From an uncultured Gammaproteobacteria bacterium (GTDB lineage Bacteria; Patescibacteriota; Patescibacteriia; XYB2-FULL-38-15), in assembly GCA_965231095.1 (NCBI GenBank), contig OZ246416.1:343277-407276 (forward strand): a stretch of 64,000 nucleotides of DNA, in the 5' to 3' direction. Of the stretch, positions 40,577-50,509 are shown piece by piece. The notes under the pieces were generated by a model. That model had not been told where the DNA came from. It saw only the letters and a program-made list of their open reading frames with translations, and ran no database searches. The first letter of the stretch is position 1; each line of letters starts with the position of its first letter. A program made the translations under genes and the position numbers.

Positions 40577-43246
40577 CTATAACGATCTCTCCCCTGCCAT
40601 TGGCCCGGCCACACTCGTCGGCGTGCCAAGTTGCGTCCGCTCGGAAATTTCCGATTCCACGATTGTTTTGTCGCGGCCGTATTTTAATCTGGCAAGTTGC
40701 TTTAGGGCTTGCGCCAATTCTGTATCGCCTTTTTGCGGCGGAATGGTTTGCATATTAAACGCTTTTGAAGCGGCGTTATCAATCAAAAGTTTGATGTAGG
40801 CCGTATATTTTTCCACATTCAATAAATCATATTCATTAACCGTCGGGGCGAATTCTTTAGCGATTGTTTCGACGTCGTCCACGCCGATTCTGAAAGATAT
40901 CATTGTGCCGGCATTGCCGAAAACCGCGTCGCGAATTTTCGTATTATTATCTTTTACCAACTGCCCGACGTACTGATGGGCAATCGTAAGGCACAGCCGA
41001 TATTTTCTCGCTTCGGATAAAATCGTGGCAATACTGTCGGTAATGAAATTTTGAAACTCATCAATATAAAGATAAAAATCATGGCGCTCGGCCTCGGGAA
41101 GTTCGGCGCGGCTCATCGCGGCCATTTGTAATTTTGAAACAATAATCAAACCCAGAAGTTCGCTGTTCACTTCGCCGGTTTTTCCCTTGGCGAGATTCAC
41201 AAGCAAAATCTTTTTCTTATCCATTATTTCCCTAAAATCAAAACCCGAATGCGATTGGCCGATTATATTTCGCATCATTTCATTCTCCACAAACCGGCCG
41301 ACTTTGGAAATCAAATATCCCAACATTTCCGACTTATGAAAATCCGAAGTTTTGGCCATTTCTTTTTCCCAAAAAGCGCGAACCACCGGATCTTTAACGC
41401 GCGCCACCCATGATTTTTGAAAATCATTATCGGAAAACATCCTGGGAATCTCGGCGATCGTTCCGGGGTTCGCCAGATCCGACATCAAGGTCAACATCAC
41501 ATTTCTCATATTATGCTCAAACATCGGGCCAATCATTTCCGGCGGAAAAAGTTTGTAAAAAATCGCGATCATTTCTTGCACGGCAAAATCTTTTTGCGAT
41601 TCATCTTTTGCCTCAAGCATATTGAGGCCAATCGGCCGATCGGCGTCGGAGGGATCAAAAATAATCACATCGTCCAGCCGCTCTTTTGGCACGCCGGTTA
41701 AAATATCTTCAATCAAATCTCCATGCGGATCAACTACCGCGACGCCCTCACCATTTTGGATATCTTGCTTTACCATATTGGACAAAAGCACGGATTTACC
41801 AACACCGGATTTACCAATAACATAAACGTGGCGGCGGCGATCTTCGCGCTTGATTTTAACCATCACTTCTGTCCCGCGGAAAATAGATTTACCAAGCGTC
41901 AAGCCCTCTTTGGGCATATTAACCGGCGGCGCGGCTTTTTTCGCGAGGAGCCATTCAATATTGGGCGCTTCGGTCCAGGGCGACGGGAAATGAAACAGGC
42001 TCGCCATCTCTTCCGAATTTAAAACAACTTTTTTCTTTTCATGAAAACCGCGATGAATAAAATCTTTGATCAATTTTTTGAGAGGATGGCCGCCCGGCGA
42101 GGTGCGCGCAAAACTATTTCCGTATTGATAAATATTATATTGGGAAAAAGCATTGGTAATATTGTCCAAATTCATTTTTGCCCGCGCGAAATTTGGCGAA
42201 GAAGAAACAATTCTGATATTAACATCAACTCCGGCTTTGCTCGCCTTCTCTTCAAGTCCTTTAACCATTTCCTCTTCCATGGGAGAGAGGCGATATGGTT
42301 CCGGCGTGGATTTTACGATTTGGTCTTCGGGTTTTTTCTTTGCCCCGCCGGCAAACATTTTTCCAAACTCACCCAAAATTTTCATAAAAATATTTCCGCC
42401 AACTGACGACATCGCTTCACCGAGTTTTTTCCCTTGTTGCATTTCTTGGGCGATTTTAATTCCCGGACGCCGCCATTCTTTTCGCGCGCTACGCAGAACA
42501 AACTGAATCGCCGCGCCTTCATTTTTTTCCAATTTTGACAAAACATTTGTCAGAGCGTTCATCGGATCCGTTTCCATTTTTTTATAAGTTTTTATCGGAA
42601 AAAAATGAGGACGTTTAAAAGTTAAATAAGCGCCACGGATATCTCCGGTCGGCGTGAAAATATTGTAATCTTTAACTTCTTCAATAAAAGCTTCGTGATA
42701 GTTCGCCCGAATTTGCTGTTCAACATATTCTTGCAGATGTTTTGGCACAGCAACATAAAAAGAAATCAAACCCTTGTCGGCGATAATTTCAAAAGAAAGA
42801 TAGTCCGTCCGGCCGGTAAGCCAAGCGCTAATTCCCTTTTGCGCCTTGAGCCCGCCGATTGACGCGAAAAGCGCTTCGGCCGTAGCCACTCCTTCTTGAA
42901 TGGTTTGAACGGTAATTTCCCTTTTTTCCTGCGCCTGCGCTCGATCCGCCGATTCTTTGGGCACTGTCACGAGCAAAACAATATTTTTAAAAGAAGTGGA
43001 CATCTTTGTCCTGTGATGCAGGAATCTTCTGGTAAACAAAATTAAAAACCACAATCCCAAAAAAATCGTGGCTAAAGTAAAAATCATTATTCCGATCGGG
43101 CTCTCTGCAAAAATTCCGACTTCCGGGGGAATCTCCGCGGTCGGCAGGGCAATTTGATAAAGAGAAAAAACAAAAATCGCGCCGAGCGCGGTCCCGGGAA
43201 TCCATCCTCTTATTCTATGCCAAATTTTTTTCTCTACATCCTCCAT
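40577..43246 (-). CDS. Membrane-anchored VirD4/TraD/HerA-like ATPase
   Basis: Two TM helices; RRRHVYVIGKSGVGKS Walker A; DPHGD; LYIDEFQNF; SEARKYRL; AHQY. Confidence 0.88.
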   Translation of the reverse strand: MEDVEKKIWHRIRGWIPGTALGAIFVFSLYQIALPTAEIPPEVGIFAESPIGIMIFTLATIFLGLWFLILFTRRFLHHRTKMSTSFKNIVLLVTVPKESADRAQAQEKREITVQTIQEGVATAEALFASIGGLKAQKGISAWLTGRTDYLSFEIIADKGLISFYVAVPKHLQEYVEQQIRANYHEAFIEEVKDYNIFTPTGDIRGAYLTFKRPHFFPIKTYKKMETDPMNALTNVLSKLEKNEGAAIQFVLRSARKEWRRPGIKIAQEMQQGKKLGEAMSSVGGNIFMKILGEFGKMFAGGAKKKPEDQIVKSTPEPYRLSPMEEEMVKGLEEKASKAGVDVNIRIVSSSPNFARAKMNLDNITNAFSQYNIYQYGNSFARTSPGGHPLKKLIKDFIHRGFHEKKKVVLNSEEMASLFHFPSPWTEAPNIEWLLAKKAAPPVNMPKEGLTLGKSIFRGTEVMVKIKREDRRRHVYVIGKSGVGKSVLLSNMVKQDIQNGEGVAVVDPHGDLIEDILTGVPKERLDDVIIFDPSDADRPIGLNMLEAKDESQKDFAVQEMIAIFYKLFPPEMIGPMFEHNMRNVMLTLMSDLANPGTIAEIPRMFSDNDFQKSWVARVKDPVVRAFWEKEMAKTSDFHKSEMLGYLISKVGRFVENEMMRNIIGQSHSGFDFREIMDKKKILLVNLAKGKTGEVNSELLGLIIVSKLQMAAMSRAELPEAERHDFYLYIDEFQNFITDSIATILSEARKYRLCLTIAHQYVGQLVKDNNTKIRDAVFGNAGTMISFRIGVDDVETIAKEFAPTVNEYDLLNVEKYTAYIKLLIDNAASKAFNMQTIPPQKGDTELAQALKQLARLKYGRDKTIVESEISERTQLGTPTSVAGPMAGERSL

Positions 43247-43322
43247 AGATTAGTATCTGGTATCTAGTATTTTATTCCGTAAAAAATCTTATACAAGACA
43301 CCACACCACGCGACACACTGTT

Positions 43323-43817
43323 TTAAATATTTTTATTTTTTTCTTCCGTCATCGTCATCAACTTGTCTGTCTTAATTTTCGCTTCCTGCTCCAGAAAAAA
43401 TTTATTAACTCCGGGAATAATTTTTAACCAGGCGCGGATCAATTTTAAAATTTTCCTGGCAACGGATTTTCCCGCCTCCATCATCTTTTCTATTTTTGTC
43501 GCCGTCTCCTCCCCTTTTTCTTTAAACGCCGCTTGTTTTTCCGGCGGCATGGAAAAATAAAAAGATTCAAGGTCTTCTTCCAAAATTTTTTCAATTTTAA
43601 CCAGGGATTCGCTTTTCGGCGGTTTTTCCGTAACGGGGTGAACGGCCGCGGCAACGAGCGGCTTTTTTCCGTTTTTTTCTTCGTCCGGAGAAATTTTTTC
43701 CCACTCCGGCTTCGGCGCCTTTTCCACTTCAACTTTTTTTTCGGGCGCGACGGGCTCCTGTTCCGGAATGGCTTCTTCCAGCCCGCCGATTTTTTCAATT
43801 TTATCCTTAATATCCAT
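43323..43817 (-). CDS. Conserved CPR hypothetical protein
   Basis: IEKILEEDL...WLKIIPGVNKFFLEQEAKIKTDK; upstream of the ATPase. Confidence 0.65.
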   Translation of the reverse strand: MDIKDKIEKIGGLEEAIPEQEPVAPEKKVEVEKAPKPEWEKISPDEEKNGKKPLVAAAVHPVTEKPPKSESLVKIEKILEEDLESFYFSMPPEKQAAFKEKGEETATKIEKMMEAGKSVARKILKLIRAWLKIIPGVNKFFLEQEAKIKTDKLMTMTEEKNKNI

Positions 43818-43913
43818 GTAAATAAATTATAATGTTTGCCACTAAATTTATAAATTGTACCACATTTTATAAATTTATGCTAAAATGAAGTTGTTGATAA
43901 CTTTAGGAGGAAT

Positions 43914-44825
43914 ATGTTAAAAACTGTTAGCGAATTTAAAAACGCTAAATTTTCCTGGATAAACGTCACAAAAAATGGTGAGAAAGAACTTGAATATCTG
44001 GGGAAAAAATTCGGTTTTCACGAACTTGATTTAAAAGATTGCTTGCCTCCGCTTCAGCGGCCGAAATTGGTAATTAGAAAAAATTACCTCTTCATGATTT
44101 TACTTTTCCCTGTTTTCAACAGAAAAACTAGGGTTCTCTACGCCGCGGAAGTGGATTTTTTTATTACTCCCGAAAAACTTGTTACGGTCGGCGGAAACGA
44201 ACTTATTCCTCTTCAAGAAATTTTTGATAAATGCCGCGCGAAAAAAATTAAATGTACCAACGCCCCCGACCTTCTTCACGAAATTTTACACGAACTTCTC
44301 CTCTCTTGTTTTCCGATGCTCGTCCATATTTCCAATGATATTGACAGCGTGGAAAACCAATTGCGTTCCGAATTTGAGAAAGGAACCATCACGGAAATTC
44401 TTCGTATAAAAACAAATATTGTAAATTTTCGAAAAGCGATGCAGCCGCACAAACAAGTAATCAGAGCTCTGATCGCCGAATCTCCCAGATTCTTCCGGGC
44501 GGAAAAAATAAAAATTTATTTTGAAAACTTAGTCGGTTATACTAAAGAAATTTGGGATCTTCTGGATAATTATAAAGACACAATTGACGCCCTCCATGAA
44601 ACAAACGTCTCTCTGATTGACTTCCGGATAAATGAAATAATGAAAACTTTAACAATTTTTTCTGTGATAGTTTTCCCGCTGACGCTTCTGGCCGCGCTTT
44701 TCGGAATGGATGTTCAGGGCATGCCGCTTGCCAACCATCCTTACGGTTTTTGGATAATTCTCGGCGGGATGACGTTTGGCGCTCTGGGACTGCTTTGGTT
44801 TTTTGAAAGAAAAAAGTGGCTGTAA
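43914..44825 (+). CDS. corA: CorA-family Mg2+ transporter
   Basis: INEIMKTLTIFSVIVFPLTLLAALFGMD (GMN variant); two C-terminal TM; SD AGGAGG. Confidence 0.88.
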   Translation: MLKTVSEFKNAKFSWINVTKNGEKELEYLGKKFGFHELDLKDCLPPLQRPKLVIRKNYLFMILLFPVFNRKTRVLYAAEVDFFITPEKLVTVGGNELIPLQEIFDKCRAKKIKCTNAPDLLHEILHELLLSCFPMLVHISNDIDSVENQLRSEFEKGTITEILRIKTNIVNFRKAMQPHKQVIRALIAESPRFFRAEKIKIYFENLVGYTKEIWDLLDNYKDTIDALHETNVSLIDFRINEIMKTLTIFSVIVFPLTLLAALFGMDVQGMPLANHPYGFWIILGGMTFGALGLLWFFERKKWL

Positions 44826-44827
44826 GT

Positions 44828-46264
44828 CTAATTTTTCTTTTTTACTTTCTGTCCTTCCGCTGTATCCTCTACTGTATAACCCGCTTCTTCAATTTTTTTT
44901 CTCACCTCATCAGCTTTTGCCCAATCTTTCGCGCTTCTTGCCTGCTCCCTACTTGCGAGCAGTTTTTTTATTTCTTCGGAAATTTTTTCTTCTTTCAACG
45001 TTTCCAAACCAAAGCCCAAAACGCCGTCCATCGCGAGCAGGGTTCTTTTGGCAATTTTTATTTCATCCTCAGAAATTCCGCGAGAAATCGCCGCGTTAAT
45101 TTCTTTTACAAAATTGAGCAGTGCCGCGAGCGCCCCGGAAATATTTAGGTCGTCGCCAAGCGCCGCTTCAAAATCAACAATATTTTTTTCCGCCGCCCCA
45201 AAAAGTTCTCGACCGCCGCCAGATTTACGGGCTACGCTATTAATTTTTGTCCAAGCCTCATCAATTTTCGCAATATTTTTTTCCGCCGCGCCGAGCCCGT
45301 CAAAAGTAAAATTCAATGAATCGCGATAATGGGTGGAAAGCAGAAGATACCGGACGGCTCGCGGAGAAAATCCCCTTTCCAAAACTTGATTTAAAGTATA
45401 AAAATTATTTTTTGACTTGCTCATTTTTTCCCCATCAACCATCAAATGCTTTGCGTGCAGCCAAAACCGGACGAATTTCTTTCCCGTCGCCCCTTCCGAC
45501 TGGGCAATTTCCGATTCGTGATGAGGAAATTTATTATCCTCGCCGCCGGTATGAATATCAATCGTTTCTCCCAAATATTTCATGGACATGGCTGAACATT
45601 CAATATGCCAGCCGGGATAACCCTTTCCCCAGGGCGAATTCCACTGCATAATGTGCGACGGATTTTTTATCCATAAAGCAAAATCGTATGGATTTTTTTT
45701 CTCGGGCAAAACTTCTACCCGCGCCCCGGCGATCAAGTCTTCCAGTTTATTTCCCGACAATTTTCCCCACCCGGAAAATTTTGATAAATCAAAATAAACA
45801 GAACCGTTAACCTCGTAGGCATAACCGTTTTTTATCAGCTTCAGAATAATTTTTATCATTTCCCGAACGTGATCGGTCGCCCTGGGATATTTCCATGCTT
45901 TTTCCAAATTTATTTTTTTAATGTCGGCAAAAAACGCCTTGGCAAAAAAATCCGCGACCTGCCAAGGATCTTTTTTCTCGCGCCGCGAGGCCGCCTCCAT
46001 TTTATCTTCTCCAATATCAGCATCAGCCACCATATGCCCGACGTCGGTAATGTTCATCACTTGTTTAACTTTATATCCTTCAAATTCCAAAACGCGCCGC
46101 AACAAATCAGCAACTAAAAAAGACCGTAAGTTTCCGATATGAACGTAATCGTAAACCGTCGGCCCGCAAGTATACATCGTCACCAATTTTTTCTTCTTTT
46201 TTTCTTCCGCCAGAGACCGAAAAATTTCTTTTTGTTTTGTAAGAGAGTTATAAAGTTTTAACAT
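44828..46264 (-). CDS. cysS: Cysteine--tRNA ligase
   Basis: CGPTVY, HIGN, PGWHIECSAM, KMSKS. Confidence 0.97.
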   Translation of the reverse strand: MLKLYNSLTKQKEIFRSLAEEKKKKKLVTMYTCGPTVYDYVHIGNLRSFLVADLLRRVLEFEGYKVKQVMNITDVGHMVADADIGEDKMEAASRREKKDPWQVADFFAKAFFADIKKINLEKAWKYPRATDHVREMIKIILKLIKNGYAYEVNGSVYFDLSKFSGWGKLSGNKLEDLIAGARVEVLPEKKNPYDFALWIKNPSHIMQWNSPWGKGYPGWHIECSAMSMKYLGETIDIHTGGEDNKFPHHESEIAQSEGATGKKFVRFWLHAKHLMVDGEKMSKSKNNFYTLNQVLERGFSPRAVRYLLLSTHYRDSLNFTFDGLGAAEKNIAKIDEAWTKINSVARKSGGGRELFGAAEKNIVDFEAALGDDLNISGALAALLNFVKEINAAISRGISEDEIKIAKRTLLAMDGVLGFGLETLKEEKISEEIKKLLASREQARSAKDWAKADEVRKKIEEAGYTVEDTAEGQKVKKKN

Positions 46265-46290
46265 TTTGTTTTAACAATTTTTTGTTTAAA

Positions 46291-48189
46291 TTACTGCGCC
46301 CGCAAACCCGTATCGGAATACGTACCGGCCCCGCCGCAAAAAACTTTCGCTTCACTGCCGCCGTAGTCCGCAATCAATCTTCCCTCGTTTGCCGCGCCGT
46401 CATTGCATCTGTAAATAATATGTATCCCAGCGGGAGCGGGACAATTTGTTCCATCCTGCAAGCAAATATTTCTCCCCAAAACCGTGGCGTTTCCATTAAC
46501 GCTCAATACCCCGGTGACATTTAAGTCATCCTGAACCTGGACAACCGTTCCTACATATGGAGCCATGAGCACTAAATTTCCCGGACTGATAACCCCGGCG
46601 GAGTTGGTATCCAAAATACCGTTGACTCCGTCATGCCGCAGTCTGATATTTTTCTGATTGCCCGGATCCGCCGCGGAAATCCAACTTCCGGAAATTGTGT
46701 TAATTCCTCCCGTCCCTGTCATTTGTCCTTCAATAAAAAATGCACTATTCAAATAAACCCTCGCCATCGCGTCTTGCCACTGTAAATATTTACTCCCGTC
46801 GTCAAAATAAATATAATCGTCATTCCCTACTGCGCCCATTCCGATTCTCAAATTACCGCCGACCGTGAGAACATCTGCCGCTTTATCATATGTTAACCCG
46901 GCATCGCCGCCAAAAGTTCCTACATCGTTAAATTGAATTTGTCCATTCACTCCGCCAGGCGCCGCGCCAGCCGGCCAAGCTCCAATGCAATTTCCTTGTA
47001 TACAAAGTTGCTCAGCGTTTAGTGTGCCGGGTCCCCTGTACGCACCCACCGCCGCGCCCACCACTCCGGCATCAACATAGACTCCCTTGCCCCCAATAAA
47101 ATATCCTGACCAAGCAGCGGCATCGGTGACAGTGGAATAGACTCCATAACCCGATCCTTGCGCTTTGAAATAGCCTCCATAATTTTTTCCCGGCGAACCT
47201 CCGCCTGCGGCCATAACTCCAATATTGTTATCGCCCCCCATAACAATCGCCGCGTTGCCGGCAAAAAATTGACCGCCTTTATTAAGCCCGATCAATGACG
47301 TCGCCGTACCGGAAACCGCCATGCTGCTTTCTCCGTTTGAAAGCCCGTAAACCCCAAAGCTCGCGTCGCCGTTCGTTATCCCATAGACACCAACTCCTCC
47401 CAAAGCTTCTGATTGAAAAAATCCGCCCGCGTCGCCGGAACTTATTCCTTGTATCGCCGGCGTTAAATTTGTGTTCGCGTTAATTTGCCCGGCCACATCA
47501 AGTTTATAAGCCGGATCCACTCCGATGCCGACATTTCCTCCGCTTGTCAGAATTAATCTGTTGTCAGTTCTCCAAAAACGAAGCTGATCCGTAGCGGCAT
47601 CGCGATAAATCGCCCAATGAGTGTCCATGGCCGGACTGCCAAAATCCAATTCCGGATTACTGCCGGGAACTGGCAGGAGATAAATTCTTGGTGCGACCCC
47701 GCCAACCATTAAATTAAAAGCTGTATTGGTTGTCCCAACTCCTACATTTCCCGCGGCGCCGATTTGTATCCGCCCGATGCCATTAGTTTCCAAAGACAGC
47801 GGCACATTATCATTTGTCCCCAAAACCGCCGTCGGACCAAATCCAACATTTCCTTCATCAACAAAAGCGCTGACTGCTTCCGGCCAATTAACGCGGCAAT
47901 TTCCCTGAATGCAAAGTTGCTCGGCATTCAGCGTTCCCAACCCCATATTTCCTCCCGCGGGCGCGCCAACAATTTGCCCGCCTCCCACGGAAAAATTTCC
48001 CCCAACTGTTAAATCGCCGGTTTTACTCTGCGCTCCGGCGCCAACATTAATCGGAGCCGGAACATTATCTCCCGGCGGAAGAGCCCCGGGTTCGGTCCAA
48101 GCGATTGCTGAGGCATAACGCAAACCAAAACCGCTCGCGATACTAAAAATTACAAGCACAAGTGAGATGAAAAAAAGTCTTTGACGCAT
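46291..48189 (-). CDS. Secreted Gly-rich fibre/adhesin-like protein
   Basis: Signal peptide; AWTEP..PP..NVPAPINVG motif; GNVGIG repeats; duplicated GTLNAEQLCIQGNC. Confidence 0.7.
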   Translation of the reverse strand: MRQRLFFISLVLVIFSIASGFGLRYASAIAWTEPGALPPGDNVPAPINVGAGAQSKTGDLTVGGNFSVGGGQIVGAPAGGNMGLGTLNAEQLCIQGNCRVNWPEAVSAFVDEGNVGFGPTAVLGTNDNVPLSLETNGIGRIQIGAAGNVGVGTTNTAFNLMVGGVAPRIYLLPVPGSNPELDFGSPAMDTHWAIYRDAATDQLRFWRTDNRLILTSGGNVGIGVDPAYKLDVAGQINANTNLTPAIQGISSGDAGGFFQSEALGGVGVYGITNGDASFGVYGLSNGESSMAVSGTATSLIGLNKGGQFFAGNAAIVMGGDNNIGVMAAGGGSPGKNYGGYFKAQGSGYGVYSTVTDAAAWSGYFIGGKGVYVDAGVVGAAVGAYRGPGTLNAEQLCIQGNCIGAWPAGAAPGGVNGQIQFNDVGTFGGDAGLTYDKAADVLTVGGNLRIGMGAVGNDDYIYFDDGSKYLQWQDAMARVYLNSAFFIEGQMTGTGGINTISGSWISAADPGNQKNIRLRHDGVNGILDTNSAGVISPGNLVLMAPYVGTVVQVQDDLNVTGVLSVNGNATVLGRNICLQDGTNCPAPAGIHIIYRCNDGAANEGRLIADYGGSEAKVFCGGAGTYSDTGLRAQ

Positions 48190-48279
48190 ATTCTATAAAC
48201 TTTATTAACTTTATTTAAGTATAACATAAATCAGAAAGACAAAAAATACCCCCGCGCCAAGGCAGCGGCATGCGACAAA

Positions 48280-48317
48280 TAAAAAAACGCCGGACAAAAG
48301 CACAAGTGTCCGGCGTA
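48280..48317 (-). terminator. Terminator after the LysM orphan
   Basis: acgccggaca...tgtccggcgt hairpin followed by T7 on the minus strand. Confidence 0.65.
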
Positions 48318-48360
48318 GAAAAAACAACCAAGAAAAATCCTCCCAAAAATATCGCCGAAT

Positions 48361-50334
48361 TTATTCGGGCTTCGGCAAACCCGTATCGTGTGTGGCGTGT
48401 TCCCAGGCGTATTCTTCGGCCGAAACAGCCCGCCTGCACACGCTGCAGTAGAACTCGCTCTCTTCGTGCGAGGGCTCGGCGGCGACCGGAATATGCGGTC
48501 CGGTTTCGTGAGAGACATCCGCACTCGCCGGGGGTGGCGGCGCGCACGACCCAAGATGCGCTTCCCGAGACGCGAGGGGAACTTCTTCTCCGTCTGGCCG
48601 CACGCACGTTTTCGAACCGGGGATTTCTTCCCTCGCGCCGATGCCGTGCGCCACGGCCCGATGTTCGTCCAGCTTGTCGAACGAAACCTCGTGTCCGCAG
48701 TCGGGACAGAGAACCTTGGTCACCCCCATCACTGGTTCCGAACCGGGCGGATCGATACCTGTCATGTCGCTCGGATCGTCTGGGGGCGGAGGGAGCCTTC
48801 TTGTTTCTCCTTCGTCGTCCGCCTCACGGGACAGATCTCTGTGCCGTTCTTCTCGGTCATCCAGCCCACGCGCTCGATCTTCGAGTTCCTGTCGCGCTTC
48901 AGCGGTGAATCGCTCGAATTCGGCTTGCCTCCTCCGAAGATCATCCTCGGCTCTGGCGAGCCTTTCTTCCACCGCTCTCACGTCCCGCTCGCGCCCGGCA
49001 AGAACTGCCGAATGGTCTGTCACTTCGCCTTCCCGCCGAGTAACTTCGTCCTCTCTGGCCTTGAGTTGACGCCTCTGCTCCTCAAGAGCAGGGACGTCTT
49101 CGTCAAGGCAACGCATGGCTCCTTCCACTGCGCCGCGCTGCTTGGCAAACTCGGCCTGTTCGGTGCGAAACTGCGCGGAAGTTTGGTCTAGAATTTCACG
49201 GAGACTGGCAAGCCTTCTCTCCTTCTCTTCCTGAGTTGCCGCTTGCCCCTCAAGCCTTGCTTGCGTGCCGTTCAGTTCACCGCGAAGTCGCCCGAGGCGT
49301 TCGTCTTCCTCACGGACATGCGTTGAAAAAGCCTTGGTGCGTCCCAGAAGTTGGTGCTCCGCTTCCTTGATCTCGCCCTCGCGGCGAGTGCAAGTCGCTT
49401 CCCGATCGGCCACAGCCCTCTTTGCCGCATCCAGATCGGCCTCGCCCTGCTTCTGCGTCGCCTCGCGCGCTGCCAGATCCTTCTCCTGTTTGTCCTGCTC
49501 GGCCTTCTCTTTGCCGAGCTTGGTCCCGAGATCGTCCTGCTCGCGCGCTTGCCGGTCGAGTTTCTTCTCCCACAGGTCCAGCTCCGCGCCGCGCTTCTTG
49601 TTCTTCTCGGCCTGCGCGATGAGGCCCGGATGGACAACCTGCACGAGATGATTGAACTTCTTGCCCTTGCGGTACGAGACGAACACGATGGCCAAAACCG
49701 CGACGAACGCGGTAAGCGCAACGGCCAAGACGATGTGGGTGGCGTTCGTCGCCCGAACTTCCACCTGCTTCGGCTGATGGGAAAGCACGGTTTCCAGATT
49801 GGACTGGAGTTCGTCGTGCTGGCCACTGGCCTCCGCCCTTGCCGCGACAAGACCCTTGTTCTCATCTCGCAAATCGTCGAGTTCGGAAATGAGATCGTCG
49901 CGCTCTTGCCGCACTTCGACGAGGTCGGATTTCTCCGCCTCGTACTTCTCTTCCAGCTCGGCCATTTCGGCTCGAAGCGCCTCAAGCTCAGTACGCAACG
50001 CGCCATTCTCGGCCTGGATCAAAATCCGCGGCTCGGGAACGATGAGTGTCTTGCCGGCGATGAGGTAAACCCTCGGCCGGCCGCAAACAAACCGAATCGT
50101 TCCGTCTCGAAGCTCAATCTTCTGCGGCCTGTCGCAAGCAATGCCGTAGGCCGAGCGCGGATTGGCCGCCAGGAGCTCTTCTCCTGTCAGACCGTACCGC
50201 GCCGCTACCCGCTCCAGTCGATCTCCCGGCTGGACCGTGTAGGTTCCGGGCTCACTGGCCGAACCTTCCGCCGAAGCGGAAGCCGCCCGAACGAACCCGA
50301 GCGCCAGAGCGAAAAGAACAACTACCTTTTTCAT
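48361..50334 (-). CDS. GC-rich LysM-TM-coiled-coil protein with C-terminal zinc-finger-like repeats
   Basis: Signal peptide; YTVQPGDRLERVAARYGLTGEELLAANP (LysM); TM; ~300-aa coiled coil; CPDC..H..H and CSVC..H..H; SD GGGAGG. Confidence 0.8.
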   Translation of the reverse strand: MKKVVVLFALALGFVRAASASAEGSASEPGTYTVQPGDRLERVAARYGLTGEELLAANPRSAYGIACDRPQKIELRDGTIRFVCGRPRVYLIAGKTLIVPEPRILIQAENGALRTELEALRAEMAELEEKYEAEKSDLVEVRQERDDLISELDDLRDENKGLVAARAEASGQHDELQSNLETVLSHQPKQVEVRATNATHIVLAVALTAFVAVLAIVFVSYRKGKKFNHLVQVVHPGLIAQAEKNKKRGAELDLWEKKLDRQAREQDDLGTKLGKEKAEQDKQEKDLAAREATQKQGEADLDAAKRAVADREATCTRREGEIKEAEHQLLGRTKAFSTHVREEDERLGRLRGELNGTQARLEGQAATQEEKERRLASLREILDQTSAQFRTEQAEFAKQRGAVEGAMRCLDEDVPALEEQRRQLKAREDEVTRREGEVTDHSAVLAGRERDVRAVEERLARAEDDLRRRQAEFERFTAEARQELEDRARGLDDREERHRDLSREADDEGETRRLPPPPDDPSDMTGIDPPGSEPVMGVTKVLCPDCGHEVSFDKLDEHRAVAHGIGAREEIPGSKTCVRPDGEEVPLASREAHLGSCAPPPPASADVSHETGPHIPVAAEPSHEESEFYCSVCRRAVSAEEYAWEHATHDTGLPKPE

Positions 50335-50509
50335 TTTTCCCTCCCTTGACCCCTTGGGCCAAGAAGTCGGTTATAAAGGAACAAAGCCCAACCCATCATT
50401 GGGTAAGCCTCCGTATATTTAAATCGTTTTCTCTGATTTTGTCAACCCCAAAAACAAAAATCGCCGCCAAACCAAGCGGCAATTTTTAAAATTTTAAAAT
50501 ACCAAAAAC

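Noticed and set aside
40577-43817. Integrative conjugative element
   Set aside because: No relaxase, integrase or VirB genes; host-like composition and a housekeeping neighbourhood.
49351-50349. 332-aa plus-strand ORF and other ORFs opposite the LysM gene
   Set aside because: Antisense shadows; the minus-strand frame has the signal peptide, LysM domain and SD.
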